DNA of 64,000 nucleotides, from contig CAVWUS010000012.1 in the NCBI GenBank assembly GCA_963758235.1, forward strand, positions 2,533-66,532, read 5' to 3'. The notes under the pieces are model-generated. The model saw only the letters and a list, made by a program, of their open reading frames with translations. It was not told the DNA's origin and ran no database searches. The stretch comes from an uncultured Alicyclobacillaceae bacterium (GTDB lineage Bacteria; Bacillota; Bacilli; Alicyclobacillales; Alicyclobacillaceae). This document shows, piece after piece, positions 41,546 to 51,669 of the stretch. The position numbers were made by a program, and so were the translations under genes. The first letter of the stretch is position 1; each line of letters begins with the position of its first letter.

Positions 41546-42136
41546 CTAAGACCTGTTGAAGATTCGGTTCTCCTGCCCACGCAGCAGGCGTGAGATGTTG
41601 GAGCGGTGCTGGTAAATGGACAGAACCGCAATGGCGACCGTCAGCACAATGTAGCCGACCGTTGGATGAATCACCGCGACAAACACCGGAATGAGAATGA
41701 CGAGTGCCATGGCGCCAAGTGACACGTACCGTGTCAAGGCGATGAGCGCGATCGCGATGAACCCTGCCAGCAGTGTCGGAATCCAGACCAAACTGAGGCA
41801 GACGCCAATCGTCGTCGCAATTCCCTTGCCACCCCGAAACCCAAAGAAGACCGGCCAGTTGTGTCCAACAATCGCTGCGAGTCCGGCGAATTCACACATC
41901 CATACCTGGTGATGCCCGAGCACCCAAGCCAGATAGACGGCGATAATCCCTTTCAGTGCGTCAAGCAGCAGCACGGTGATGCCCAGTTTTGTACCCAGCA
42001 CACGCATGGTGTTGGTCGCACCCGCGTTGCCGCTGCCGTGCTCGCGAATATCGATGTTCGCAACCAGCCTGCTAATGATGGTGCTCGTTGAAATCGATCC
42101 AATCAGGTACCCTAGAATAATACATAGAATAACCAG
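41546..42136 (-). CDS. plsY: glycerol-3-phosphate acyltransferase PlsY (start codon unclear)
   Basis: The track ORF begins at MRVLG (42007). The same frame stays open upstream and encodes the conserved N-terminus (LGYLIGSISTSTIISRLVANIDIREHGSGNAGATNT). There is no ATG, GTG or TTG between the der stop (42167) and 42007. The CTG at 42136 lies 8 nt after GGGGGAGGG. Confidence 0.7.
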   Translation of the reverse strand: MVILCIILGYLIGSISTSTIISRLVANIDIREHGSGNAGATNTMRVLGTKLGITVLLLDALKGIIAVYLAWVLGHHQVWMCEFAGLAAIVGHNWPVFFGFRGGKGIATTIGVCLSLVWIPTLLAGFIAIALIALTRYVSLGAMALVILIPVFVAVIHPTVGYIVLTVAIAVLSIYQHRSNISRLLRGQENRIFNRS

Positions 42137-42166
42137 TGTGAACGCCCTCCCCCAAGCTCTCCCTGC

Positions 42167-43489
42167 TTATGCATCGCCGCCGCGTTCCCGTGTCAGGAAA
42201 CGGATTGGCGTGCCCTCAAAACCAAATGCCTGCCGGAATTGATTCTCCAAGTAGCGTTCGTACGAGAAATGCATGATCTCCTTGTGATTCACGAAAATGA
42301 CAAATGTGGGCGGCTTGACGCCGACCTGCGTACCATAATAAATACGCAGTTTACGACCTTTGTCTGTCGGCGGCGGAACGGATGCGACGGCATCCTGAAG
42401 CACACCGTTCAGCGTTGAAGTGGAGATGCGCATCGCATTCATTTCTGCGATCTCCTTCGCCTGCGGCAGGATTCTGGAGATTCGCTGGCCAGTCTTCGCC
42501 GACACAAACTGTACCGGTGCATACCGCATAAACGGAAATTCTTCGCGGATTTTTGCGGTAAACTGATGCGCGGTTTTGTCATCTTTGTCGACGATATCCC
42601 ACTTGTTCACCAAAAATCCGACTGCGCAGCCGGCCTCGACTGCGTAACCAGCAACGCGCTTGTCCTGTTCCGCAATGCCAGCCTTGCCGTCAAGCACGAC
42701 AAAGACAACATCTGCACGCTCAATTGCGCGCAGCGCACGCAGTGCACTGTACTTTTCGATACGCTCATAGACTTTTCCTTTTCTCCGCAAACCTGCTGTA
42801 TCCACCAGCACATACGGCTGACCTTGATATGTAAGCGGCGTATCGATTGCATCGCGTGTTGTCCCGGCCACATCGCTGACCATCACCCGCTGTTCGCCTA
42901 CCAGTGCATTGACGAGCGAGGACTTTCCAACATTCGGTCGGCCAATCAGCGCGATTCGAATCGCATCGTCATCATAATCATCCGGTTGTTCCGGGGGCAG
43001 CGAGTCGACGACAGCATCGAGCAGGTCTCCCGTACCTGTCCCATGCTCGGCGGACAGTCCGAACACCAACTCAAAGCCCATTTCGTAAAACTCATAGGCC
43101 TTATCCAAATGCGACGGATGATCGAGCTTGTTGACAGCGACGATGACTGGTTTACCTGACTTGCGCAGCAAAGTACTTACCTGGCGGTCAGCTGGCGTTA
43201 CACCTGCCTGACCGTCTGTCAAAAAGACGATGACGTCGGCTTCATCAATGGCCAACTCGGACTGAACGCGAATGAGATTCGTCATCTCATCCGCATCCCC
43301 GAGTTCGATTCCGCCTGTGTCAATCAGTAAAAAACTGCGTCCATTCCACTCGGCGCGCCGATACAGGCGGTCGCGTGTAACGCCTGGAACGTCCTCTACA
43401 ATTGCCGTCCGTTCACCTGTAATGCGATTAAAGAATGTAGACTTGCCGACATTCGCGCGGCCAACGACGGCTACTACTGGAACTGCCAC
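42167..43489 (-). CDS. der: ribosome biogenesis GTPase Der (EngA)
   Basis: 440 aa with two GTPase domains (GRANVGKST, GRPNVGKSS) and a KH-like C-terminus. Confidence 0.95.
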   Translation of the reverse strand: MAVPVVAVVGRANVGKSTFFNRITGERTAIVEDVPGVTRDRLYRRAEWNGRSFLLIDTGGIELGDADEMTNLIRVQSELAIDEADVIVFLTDGQAGVTPADRQVSTLLRKSGKPVIVAVNKLDHPSHLDKAYEFYEMGFELVFGLSAEHGTGTGDLLDAVVDSLPPEQPDDYDDDAIRIALIGRPNVGKSSLVNALVGEQRVMVSDVAGTTRDAIDTPLTYQGQPYVLVDTAGLRRKGKVYERIEKYSALRALRAIERADVVFVVLDGKAGIAEQDKRVAGYAVEAGCAVGFLVNKWDIVDKDDKTAHQFTAKIREEFPFMRYAPVQFVSAKTGQRISRILPQAKEIAEMNAMRISTSTLNGVLQDAVASVPPPTDKGRKLRIYYGTQVGVKPPTFVIFVNHKEIMHFSYERYLENQFRQAFGFEGTPIRFLTRERGGDA

Positions 43490-43517
43490 TCAGATTCCAT
43501 CCTATCTACGATGAATT

Positions 43518-44912
43518 TCACATGCCTGTTCCATATGACAGCGTTTCCGGTGATTCAATTGCTCGCAGCGTGGCCTCATAGCGGCGCCGCGGCGGTAGTG
43601 CGTTCGTGTAGCCCAGCGAACCAAACATCAGGCCACTGCCGGTTGCGGGTACGACGGTCACCTGTTTATCCAGCTCCTGAATAACCTGACTGACTGTATA
43701 GTCATCCAGAAACACATCGTCTTCGTCTTTGAGCATGATGTCCGGCAGAAGCACGGTATCGATTCCGTCGAGTTTGCCACTGAGCTGACTGACGATATCG
43801 CGACCAGTAATCAGTCCCGTAACAGTTACATTATGCCCATAGAAATCGTTGACGATAGGAAACACATCAATTTTCAGGCCGGGAATGTGGCTCAATTTTT
43901 GAGTTGTATCGCGGATGGTCCGTTCAGCCGATGTTCCGGTCACGACGGCGACATGCCGATGCGGCTGTTTTGCCTTGGCCGGAAGGCGCGGCATGACTTC
44001 ATTTACCTCGTCCAGGAACGTTCGAATGACGCCTACGCCGTTTTCGGTTTGACCGAACCCATCATAAAAGTTTGATGGTGGTACGTCTGCGTCCGCCATA
44101 ACGTAAAATTCATCCGCGGCGTAGACAAAGGACACACCAAGCTCTTCACGAAGCTTCTCCTGCCAACGCTGTACCTGGTCAATAACTTGACGGGCTTCAT
44201 CGGGCGTACAGCTTCTCAGTTTGTGCAAGCCGCGCCGATGTTTGGTCAAGCCGACCGGAACGACGGAGACATTTTTGACCGCCGGATAGAACGGAACGAG
44301 ATCGCGAATGGTGCGATCGAGCTCAGCGCCGTCATTCCATTCTGGGCATAAGACGATCTGCGTGTTCATCTCGATGTCGTGTTCAGCCAAGTACGCAATC
44401 TGGCGCAGAATTTCTCCGGAACGTTTGTTCGCCAGCATCCGCACTCGCAGCTCCGGATTGGTCGTATGGACAGACACGTTGAGTGGCGTCATACGCAGCT
44501 TAACGACACGTTCCAGTTCATCATCCTTCACGTTCGTCAATGTGACGAAGTTCCCATGCAAAAATGACAGGCGATAGTCATCATCACGAACGTTCAGGGT
44601 TTGTCGCATGTTTCCTGGAATTTGATCGACGAAACAGAAAACACACTTGTTGTGGCACAGATGAACGCGATCGACCGTAGGATTGTCCCAATCGACGCCA
44701 AGGCCCTCATCGTAGTCCTTTTCGATCTCCAGCAGCCACAGTTCACCGTCCGCCTTTTTGACTTCCAGTTCGAGTTCTTCAGTTGCCAAGGCAAATTGAA
44801 AATCAATAATATCTTTAACGGTTTGACCGTTGATCTTCAGAATTTCATCACCGGCTTCAAGTTTTAGCTCCTCCGCTAGTGAACCCGGGTGAATCTTCGC
44901 AATACGCGGCAT
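43518..44912 (-). CDS. PDZ domain / DUF512 protein
   Basis: 464 aa with an N-terminal PDZ-like region and a CHNKCVFCF motif. It holds the conserved position upstream of der. Confidence 0.7.
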   Translation of the reverse strand: MPRIAKIHPGSLAEELKLEAGDEILKINGQTVKDIIDFQFALATEELELEVKKADGELWLLEIEKDYDEGLGVDWDNPTVDRVHLCHNKCVFCFVDQIPGNMRQTLNVRDDDYRLSFLHGNFVTLTNVKDDELERVVKLRMTPLNVSVHTTNPELRVRMLANKRSGEILRQIAYLAEHDIEMNTQIVLCPEWNDGAELDRTIRDLVPFYPAVKNVSVVPVGLTKHRRGLHKLRSCTPDEARQVIDQVQRWQEKLREELGVSFVYAADEFYVMADADVPPSNFYDGFGQTENGVGVIRTFLDEVNEVMPRLPAKAKQPHRHVAVVTGTSAERTIRDTTQKLSHIPGLKIDVFPIVNDFYGHNVTVTGLITGRDIVSQLSGKLDGIDTVLLPDIMLKDEDDVFLDDYTVSQVIQELDKQVTVVPATGSGLMFGSLGYTNALPPRRRYEATLRAIESPETLSYGTGM

Positions 44913-45012
44913 CTCATCACTCCTGACAAAATCTTGTCATTCCCTCATTATGCGATAAATCGCTGTATGGGGTCAAATCCTTTCACAGCCAATTCAACCA
45001 ATAATCGTACGG

Positions 45013-45047
45013 ACAAACGGCGACCCATCAACATCTGACGGGTCGCC
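45013..45047 (-). terminator. hairpin after the S1 gene
   Basis: GGCGACCC / GGGTCGCC stem with a 13-nt loop and a weak U-tract. Confidence 0.4.
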
Positions 45048-45078
45048 GCTCAACTGCTATGAGGTTTGGGCTCTCAGC

Positions 45079-46239
45079 TCAGTGTTTGTTGAACAAATCG
45101 CCAAACAGGTCGCCGAGCGTAGCACCCGTGCCGTTGTCATCGTGATGCTGGCGATCAAAGAACGACTGCGTGTCCTGATAGTCCGATTCATTCGAACCAG
45201 TTGCCTCTTTCATGGATAGCGAGATGCGTTTGCGTTCTGGTTCGACCGAGAGAATTTTCACGGTGACTTTATCGCCGACATGCAGCACGTCGCTCGGATG
45301 CGCTACATGCTGATTTGAAATTTGAGACACGTGAACAAGTCCCTCAAGACCAGGCTCGAGTTCGACAAACGCGCCAAAGTCAACCAGCCGTTTGACTTCG
45401 CCTTCCACGACGTCGCCTTCGTGGAACTTGGATGCGGCCGTCTCCCACGGGCTAGGCATCGCTTCTTTGATTGACAGCGAAATTCGGCCAGAGTCCGGAT
45501 CAACCTTGAGAACTTTCACCTGAACTTTATCACCCGGCTTGACGGCTTCAGAAGGATGATCGACATGATACCAGGCGAGTTCCGAAATATGCACCAACCC
45601 ATCGACACCGCCGACATCGACAAACGCACCGAAATTGGTCAATCGTTGGACGGTTCCTTCAAGCACCGATCCTGCCTTCAAGTTTCGCAGGAACGATTTC
45701 ACCTGATTTTGATGCTCTTCGTCCAGCACGGCCTTTCGTGACAAGACCAGTTTGTTATTTTCGGGATCAATCTCAATGACTTTGACCCGGATGGTTTTGC
45801 CTTTAAACCCACTCAGATCTTCGACAAATTGCCGATCCACGAGCGATGCGGGAATAAACGCGCGCACGCCCAGATCTGCCACCAAGCCGCCTTTGACGAC
45901 GTCCTTGACCACGACTTCAAAGGGTTCCTGGCTTTCGAATTTTTGTTCGAGTGTCTCCCAAGCTTCCAATGCATCCGCCTCCCGCTTCGACAGCACAATC
46001 ACTTGCGACTCTTCATCAATTTTGACCACTTTTGTACGCACTTGTGCACCCACTTCAATTACTTCGCTCGGATGCTCAATTCGAAGCGCGGACAGTTCAC
46101 GAATCGGGATGATGCCTTCAAATGCGTAGCCAATGTCAACGGTGACCTTCTTATCGTCAAGGGACGAGACTGTTCCAGTGACCAGATCGCCTGGCTGGAT
46201 TGCAGCTGTATCGATCAGTTCTCGCAGGTCTTCTGACAT
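45079..46239 (-). CDS. rpsA: 30S ribosomal protein S1 homolog (four S1 domains)
   Basis: 386 aa with a repeated S1 motif (G.V..L..FGAFV.....EGL.H.S). Confidence 0.9.
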   Translation of the reverse strand: MSEDLRELIDTAAIQPGDLVTGTVSSLDDKKVTVDIGYAFEGIIPIRELSALRIEHPSEVIEVGAQVRTKVVKIDEESQVIVLSKREADALEAWETLEQKFESQEPFEVVVKDVVKGGLVADLGVRAFIPASLVDRQFVEDLSGFKGKTIRVKVIEIDPENNKLVLSRKAVLDEEHQNQVKSFLRNLKAGSVLEGTVQRLTNFGAFVDVGGVDGLVHISELAWYHVDHPSEAVKPGDKVQVKVLKVDPDSGRISLSIKEAMPSPWETAASKFHEGDVVEGEVKRLVDFGAFVELEPGLEGLVHVSQISNQHVAHPSDVLHVGDKVTVKILSVEPERKRISLSMKEATGSNESDYQDTQSFFDRQHHDDNGTGATLGDLFGDLFNKH

Positions 46240-46330
46240 GTAGTGTCCTCCTTGTTTTACCGAACTACACTGCTCTGCCTTCAGATTTCGTCGTTTTCAT
46301 CTGCGCACACACTAGAACTTATCCAGTCAG

Positions 46331-47002
46331 TCAGCCCCGTGCATGCCCCTCTGCCAGCAGCCGAGCCAATTCAGCCATAATCCGATCGGTCAATGTATCA
46401 TTCGTATCGTCGGGTTCTGGTATGATTGGCTGGCCAAAACGAATCGTGAGTGGCCGAAACAGTCGATAGTTCCCGATAATGGCGACAGGAACGACTGGGC
46501 ATTCTGCCCTTCGTGCGATGAACGCTGCACCTGGCTGCCCTTTTCCCACGCGGCCGTCACGCGAACGATGACCCTCAGGAAAGACGACCAAACAGCCACC
46601 TGATTTCGGAACTGTGATGGCCTGACGCATGGCTCCCATGTCGCCAGCTCCACGTTTGACCGGGAAGGCACCAAGCCACTTGATCAGGCGGCCGAACCAT
46701 TGCGATCGAAATAGTTCTTCCTTCGCCATGAAATGCACGAATCGCGGCGTGCTGATCCCGATAATCGGTGGATCAAAGTTATGCACATGATTGCTGGCTA
46801 ATAACAATGGACCCGTCCTTGGAACGAGATCGGCATTGACGACTCGGTAGCGGTACAAGATATGCACGATGCCGAGCAATAGAATGCGCCCAAAGCGATA
46901 AATTGCCGTATTTTGTTCTAAGGTCTTAGTCAACCTTGGCCCACTCCACCAATGCCAGAATCTCATAAACCACCTGGTCGATGGTCTTGCCTGTTGAGTC
47001 AA
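46331..47002 (-). CDS. 1-acyl-sn-glycerol-3-phosphate acyltransferase
   Basis: NHVHNFD (HxxxxD) and FPEGHRS motifs. The start may instead be the TTG at 46933, overlapping the cmk stop. Confidence 0.8.
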   Translation of the reverse strand: MTQQARPSTRWFMRFWHWWSGPRLTKTLEQNTAIYRFGRILLLGIVHILYRYRVVNADLVPRTGPLLLASNHVHNFDPPIIGISTPRFVHFMAKEELFRSQWFGRLIKWLGAFPVKRGAGDMGAMRQAITVPKSGGCLVVFPEGHRSRDGRVGKGQPGAAFIARRAECPVVPVAIIGNYRLFRPLTIRFGQPIIPEPDDTNDTLTDRIMAELARLLAEGHARG

Positions 47003-47603
47003 TCAAGTGTGCATCTGCAGCTGGCCGCAATGGTGCGGTTTCGCGCGTTTGATCTCGTTCATCGCGCTGCTGAATCTCACTTGTCAGCTGGCTCACGTCG
47101 ACCGTGACACCTCGGGCTGCAAACTCTTCCGCACGCCGTTTCGTTCGTTCTTCCAGACTGGCTGTCAAGAATACTTTTAACTCGGCATGAGGCAACACGA
47201 CGGTGCCGATATCGCGTCCATCCATCACGACGGATGTCTGTTGGCTGAGGGAACGCTGCCACTCTGTGAGGAGTTTGCGCACACCAGAGTGAACAGAGAC
47301 GACCGAGACTGCAGCGGATACTTCCGGACTCCGCAGTTGGTCAGAGACCACCTGCCCGTCAACTTCAATCTGCATTGTACCTTCCTCTGACCTGGATAAA
47401 TGAATCTTGTGGTCGTTCATGAGCTGCAGGAGTGCATCCTCGTTGTCCAGCGGCACATCGTGTTGCAGCGCCAGCCATGCAACGGTTCGGTACATCGCTC
47501 CCGTATCAACGTACAGAATGCCCATCCGGTGCGCGACTTCTTTAGCGACGGTACTCTTACCGGCACCGGCTGGTCCGTCAATGGCAATTGCAATCCGTTG
47601 CAT
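46926..47603 (-). CDS. cmk: cytidylate kinase
   Basis: MQRIAIAIDGPAGAGKSTVAKEVA, start at 47603. Confidence 0.9.
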   Translation of the reverse strand: MQRIAIAIDGPAGAGKSTVAKEVAHRMGILYVDTGAMYRTVAWLALQHDVPLDNEDALLQLMNDHKIHLSRSEEGTMQIEVDGQVVSDQLRSPEVSAAVSVVSVHSGVRKLLTEWQRSLSQQTSVVMDGRDIGTVVLPHAELKVFLTASLEERTKRRAEEFAARGVTVDVSQLTSEIQQRDERDQTRETAPLRPAADAHLIDSTGKTIDQVVYEILALVEWAKVD

Positions 47604-47638
47604 CGTGCGTTCGTCTCCAGTCACATCACGCGAATGAA

Positions 47639-47666
47639 CAAGGGCGGGGGTGTTGCCCCGCCCTTG
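47639..47666 (-). terminator. GC-rich hairpin after the 47828-48316 gene
   Basis: CAAGGGCGGGG / CCCCGCCCTTG stem. Confidence 0.5.
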
Positions 47667-47827
47667 GAATCATTCATCGAAGAGTCGTGTTGTCCGGGAT
47701 GCAGCCCGGTTCAAGATGAATTCAAAGCGGCGCGATACGTCTACCATTACAGTAATTTCATACTAGCATAGCTGATGGACCACGCGCAATGAACGGAATG
47801 TGTCGAAAAGCTTAGGTAACGGCGCAG

Positions 47828-48316
47828 TTATTGAGCGAACTGCACGGGAGGCAGTGCCACAATTGTACGGCGCCCGGTGAGCGTTGCAGACCAGCCCGAG
47901 ATGGGCTGAAGCAGCGTCGGACTGTTATGTTCAACGCTGACAACTAGATTGTTTGGGCCGTCCTGTAAGCGTTTAAATAAAATCTGCTGACCCTCGCTAA
48001 CTTGAATCGTCAGTGGCTTGTTAGACAGCGTCCCCAGCAGTTGTCCACCGCTCTCTACGGCGACGAGGGGTACCGTTGACGAGCCCTGGCCACTCAGGTA
48101 GAACGTCAACTGCGCATGCTCCGTGGCAGCGGGCGCCGCCACCTGCTGAGATACAAAGCGTCCTTCAACGCGATCAACCGCTTGACGTACTCCAGGCAGT
48201 AACGTAGCTGCCTGTGCTGCGCAGAGGACACAAACCAGGGCACCGGCAACTGGAAGCAGGAAATGATCGATATGATCGATCCATTTATGTGCAGAATTAG
48301 AATTGGAACTTGTCAC
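47828..48316 (-). CDS. hypothetical membrane-anchored protein
   Basis: 162-aa ORF with one N-terminal hydrophobic segment (LLPVAGALVCVLCAAQAATLL). Confidence 0.5.
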   Translation of the reverse strand: MTSSNSNSAHKWIDHIDHFLLPVAGALVCVLCAAQAATLLPGVRQAVDRVEGRFVSQQVAAPAATEHAQLTFYLSGQGSSTVPLVAVESGGQLLGTLSNKPLTIQVSEGQQILFKRLQDGPNNLVVSVEHNSPTLLQPISGWSATLTGRRTIVALPPVQFAQ

Positions 48317-48376
48317 GGTTGTCCCTCCTCTGCGTTCAGCCTATGCAGAGGAAATCTGTTTCATGAATTCGCGAGA

Positions 48377-49009
48377 TTACCGAAGCGCCCGTTGACGGAC
48401 AAACGTATACTGTATGATTTTTTGCCGGATTGGTTCTTTAATATTGACGTATTTCAACGAGGCGATTGCGAAGCCATATTCGTTTCGGTCGGAAACGCGA
48501 ATCACCTGGCAAGCGACTTGAACCGGAAAGTTATTTGTCGGGATTGTAAAACTGGCCGTCACCAAACCGCCGGTGTCCATATACACGCCTCGCGGCAGCA
48601 TGACAGCGATACCACCGCCGGAAATGTCGCGGCTGTGGACATCAACTATTTTTGTGGTTCCCGCATAGGTAAACTCCAAACGAATCGGCAGCCCTGCTGG
48701 AACTCGAACGTATTGACGCTGCTGCAGACGCGAAACAGAATCGGCGGTAGGTTGTGTGACCGCCCAAACACGCGCCGGATTATCCTTCATCGCGAGAAAA
48801 TTTGCAGCATATTTGAGCTGTGCGCCGGTTGCCCCCCGATACTTAATGACCAACTGGTCATCCGTCAGCTGTGCTGGCGTATGACTCTTCGTATGTAAAG
48901 GCAGCTCAATCCAAAGCGCGTCGGATTCGACCTCGACGACTTTGGATTGAAACTCCCCCTCTACTCCTGGAATCTCCACGAGGATCCCCTGACCAATTGC
49001 GGGATTCAT
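48377..49009 (-). CDS. PilZ-domain protein (YpfA/MotI-like c-di-GMP receptor)
   Basis: RQYVRVPAG...DISGGGIAV PilZ signature and synteny next to cmk. The ATG at 49009 follows a GGAGGGGGGGAGGG SD. Confidence 0.75.
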   Translation of the reverse strand: MNPAIGQGILVEIPGVEGEFQSKVVEVESDALWIELPLHTKSHTPAQLTDDQLVIKYRGATGAQLKYAANFLAMKDNPARVWAVTQPTADSVSRLQQRQYVRVPAGLPIRLEFTYAGTTKIVDVHSRDISGGGIAVMLPRGVYMDTGGLVTASFTIPTNNFPVQVACQVIRVSDRNEYGFAIASLKYVNIKEPIRQKIIQYTFVRQRALR

Positions 49010-49075
49010 GTCGACTTCCCTCCCCCCCTCCACATCTTAGCGCGGATAGCGGAGGATGGGAAGATCTTCTGTGAA

Positions 49076-50381
49076 TCAGCTTGTCGGCAGGCGGGAGATA
49101 TTGATTTCATGTCCCGACTGGGCATTCATATCCACACGGTATGGCTGTCCTTGATATTCGCCGTAAAACGACACTGCAGGCGTAAACGATCCTTCTGGCA
49201 CCTTCGTCACGGTCAATTGTGTTTCATGCACCTGGAAGGCAGGGTTCAGCCGTTTTTTCAGCTCAGCGGCTGTATATTGTCGCGGTGGAAGCGTGCCGAC
49301 CGGATCTAGGATTGCGGCAGCTGCGTTGTAGCCGACAATCTTGCCATTGATTAGATTGACAGCGACAGTGATATTGTGATCCAGCTCGGCAGCACCGTTT
49401 ACAACCGGTGTCCACACGAAATGCGCTTCCTGATCGAGAACATGCGACCCTGACTCCATTACGGCCGGGAACCCTTGCGAATTCAGCCATGTCTTGGCAT
49501 CATCCGCAGCAGCCCCGACATTGAATTTGTTATTGCCGGAGCGCGTAGGACTCGCTTCGCGAAATGCCAGCAATTGACCGCCATTGACCGCAACTTCCCC
49601 GTAAAAGTCAGGATTCGTACGGGAAGTCAGCATCCATACCGGCTCGTCCATATGACTGTGCGCGTCTTCCGTTCAAATCGGCAGCGTCGATGCCGCTGAC
49701 TGAAGCAGACAAAATCTGCTTCGCCTGTGCCTGTGTAACCTTTTGTACTGCGGTGTCTGTGCTGCTAAACGTTTGTACTGCGCCTGACGCGTGCCGACTC
49801 TCCGCATAACCACTTATCTGCTTGTCCAGTTTGCGGAAGCCATCGACCACCTGATTGTCAGTCGTTGGCGTGGTTGGTGCTGCCGTCGCTCCCATCCACG
49901 TCTTTGCGGTTGGGGACGTACGCGCGACCTTGGTCAACTGGTCAATCACCTTCACACTCTCCGAATCCATCTGATTCAACCGCGTTGTGACATCTGGATC
50001 GTTTCGTTTGGTGTCTGTTCGAAGCCAACCATCTGTCTGTCGACCGACGCCAGCCAAGAATGCTTGGGTTTGATGCATGGGCATCAAATTGATTGGCAAT
50101 CTGGCAACATCCGAACTGGCGAGATCGGACAGCCGCCAGACGTTTCGGATATGATTTTGGAAGCCGGTCTGTTCGCCGCTGACTTCGGCCTTTTGAATCT
50201 CATCCTTCATCGACTCGACGTGCGCAATCAAACTGTGAAATGAATGGTTGTACTGGACACTGACCTGGGCTGCCATCGCTTGCGACGAGGCACGCTGCTG
50301 ATAGCCCCACCAGCCCGTGCCGCCGGCTATGACCGCCAGCGCTACAACGGGCAGAAGCCACCATTTTGCTTCGGAATGCAT
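49076..50381 (-). pseudogene. ypeB: germination protein YpeB, one frame break
   Basis: The N-terminal TM and coiled region are in ORF 49608-50456 (start MHSEAKWW at 50381). The PepSY-like C-terminal part is in ORF 49076-49651. The frame change falls somewhere in 49610-49672. Confidence 0.75.
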
Positions 50382-50404
50382 TTGTGAACTCTCCTTCCAC
50401 TCCG

Positions 50405-51211
50405 TTACATCGTGAAGATGTGGTGTCCGATTTTCGTGATTTCTGGTCTGGACCACATATACGCGTTGTTGGTCTTTGCCGGGTTGAAATAATACAGAGC
50501 CCCCTGTACCGGATCATCGCCGTCGATAGCTGCGTGCACCGCCTCAAAGGCTTCCGCATTCGGCACCTGATCCATCTGGCCATTGGAGGCCGCTGAAAAT
50601 GCGCCTGGCTGGTAGATGACCCCCGGTACCGTATGGGGAAACTTCGGGTCTTTCAAGCGGTGCAGGATGACGTCCGCAACGCCAACTTGTCCCGCGAACG
50701 GTTCTCCCCGAGCCTCACCGTATACGAGCATGGCCATCAGGCGAATATCGTTGCTGCTCAGCCCGCCCGTAGGTCCTTGATATGCGGCCGATGCGGTATT
50801 GTTTGACGACGAGTTGTGCGACGGGGAGTTGTTCGATGAGCCACCCCCAGTAGATTGACCGGAGTTGGCAGCGCTTGAAGACTGCCCAGTCCAAGGACCG
50901 TGGTAGTCCGGCGTAGCACGCGCCAACATTGCTTTCGTCTTTTCCCCGACGATTCCGTCAATGTGCATTCCGAACTGATACTGAAAATCACGGACAGCCC
51001 AATAGGTTCGCCAGCCATACGAACCATCAATCCTGCCATGATAAAACCCGAGCAGTTTTAAGCGTCCTTGCACTTCCCGTACTTCGCTGCCACTGCTGCT
51101 GTACCGAAGCGTCTGTGTCGTCCAGGCATGAGCAGGTTGGACGGTGCCAGTCAGGCAGCAGGCAATGGTTAATGTGCAGGCTAATGACGCGATCCATCGC
51201 TTATGATGCAT
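50405..51211 (-). CDS. sleB: spore cortex-lytic enzyme SleB
   Basis: Signal peptide MHHKRWIASLACTLTIACC, a peptidoglycan-binding repeat (GSEVREVQGRLKLLGFY) and the C-terminal hydrolase_2 domain (VYGEARGEPFAGQVGVADVILHR). Confidence 0.9.
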   Translation of the reverse strand: MHHKRWIASLACTLTIACCLTGTVQPAHAWTTQTLRYSSSGSEVREVQGRLKLLGFYHGRIDGSYGWRTYWAVRDFQYQFGMHIDGIVGEKTKAMLARATPDYHGPWTGQSSSAANSGQSTGGGSSNNSPSHNSSSNNTASAAYQGPTGGLSSNDIRLMAMLVYGEARGEPFAGQVGVADVILHRLKDPKFPHTVPGVIYQPGAFSAASNGQMDQVPNAEAFEAVHAAIDGDDPVQGALYYFNPAKTNNAYMWSRPEITKIGHHIFTM

Positions 51212-51345
51212 GCCGCTTTGGCCTCCCTCTTTGGCTCTACATGTGATTGCCTGTTTAGGGTGCCAAAGCCAAAATAAAAATATGCCTGCTGACAGCAGGC
51301 ATATCGAGAGCGCATTTGAAATTGTCACGAATAACTCAGGGGAAC

Positions 51346-51552
51346 TTAGTTCAGCGGTTCAATTTCAAAGTCGTGTTCGTTATCACACAAACAACGCTTA
51401 AAGCCCGTTTCGATGTGCCCTTTGGCATCTCTGACACCGCGCAGAATAAATGTCTCGCCGCAGTGTCTGCACCGAATGTGTACCTTTATCCGCTGATTCG
51501 TCAGCATCATGTCGTCATGCACTCCCTCAGAAACGAGTGTTTCCGATCGCAT
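51346..51552 (-). CDS. small CxxC...CxC zinc-ribbon-like protein
   Basis: 68-aa ORF (CRHCGETF ... CLCDNEH). The start may be one of the internal Met codons at 51510 or 51507. Confidence 0.45.
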   Translation of the reverse strand: MRSETLVSEGVHDDMMLTNQRIKVHIRCRHCGETFILRGVRDAKGHIETGFKRCLCDNEHDFEIEPLN

Positions 51553-51669
51553 ATGCGATTGTAGCCCCCATCCTGATGGGTCGAACCGTCATATTATGCG
51601 CTACGCCGTATGGCCTCAATCGGTACGACGTATGTACTGTTCTTCGTCAAAGCGGTATCATTCTCCTGC

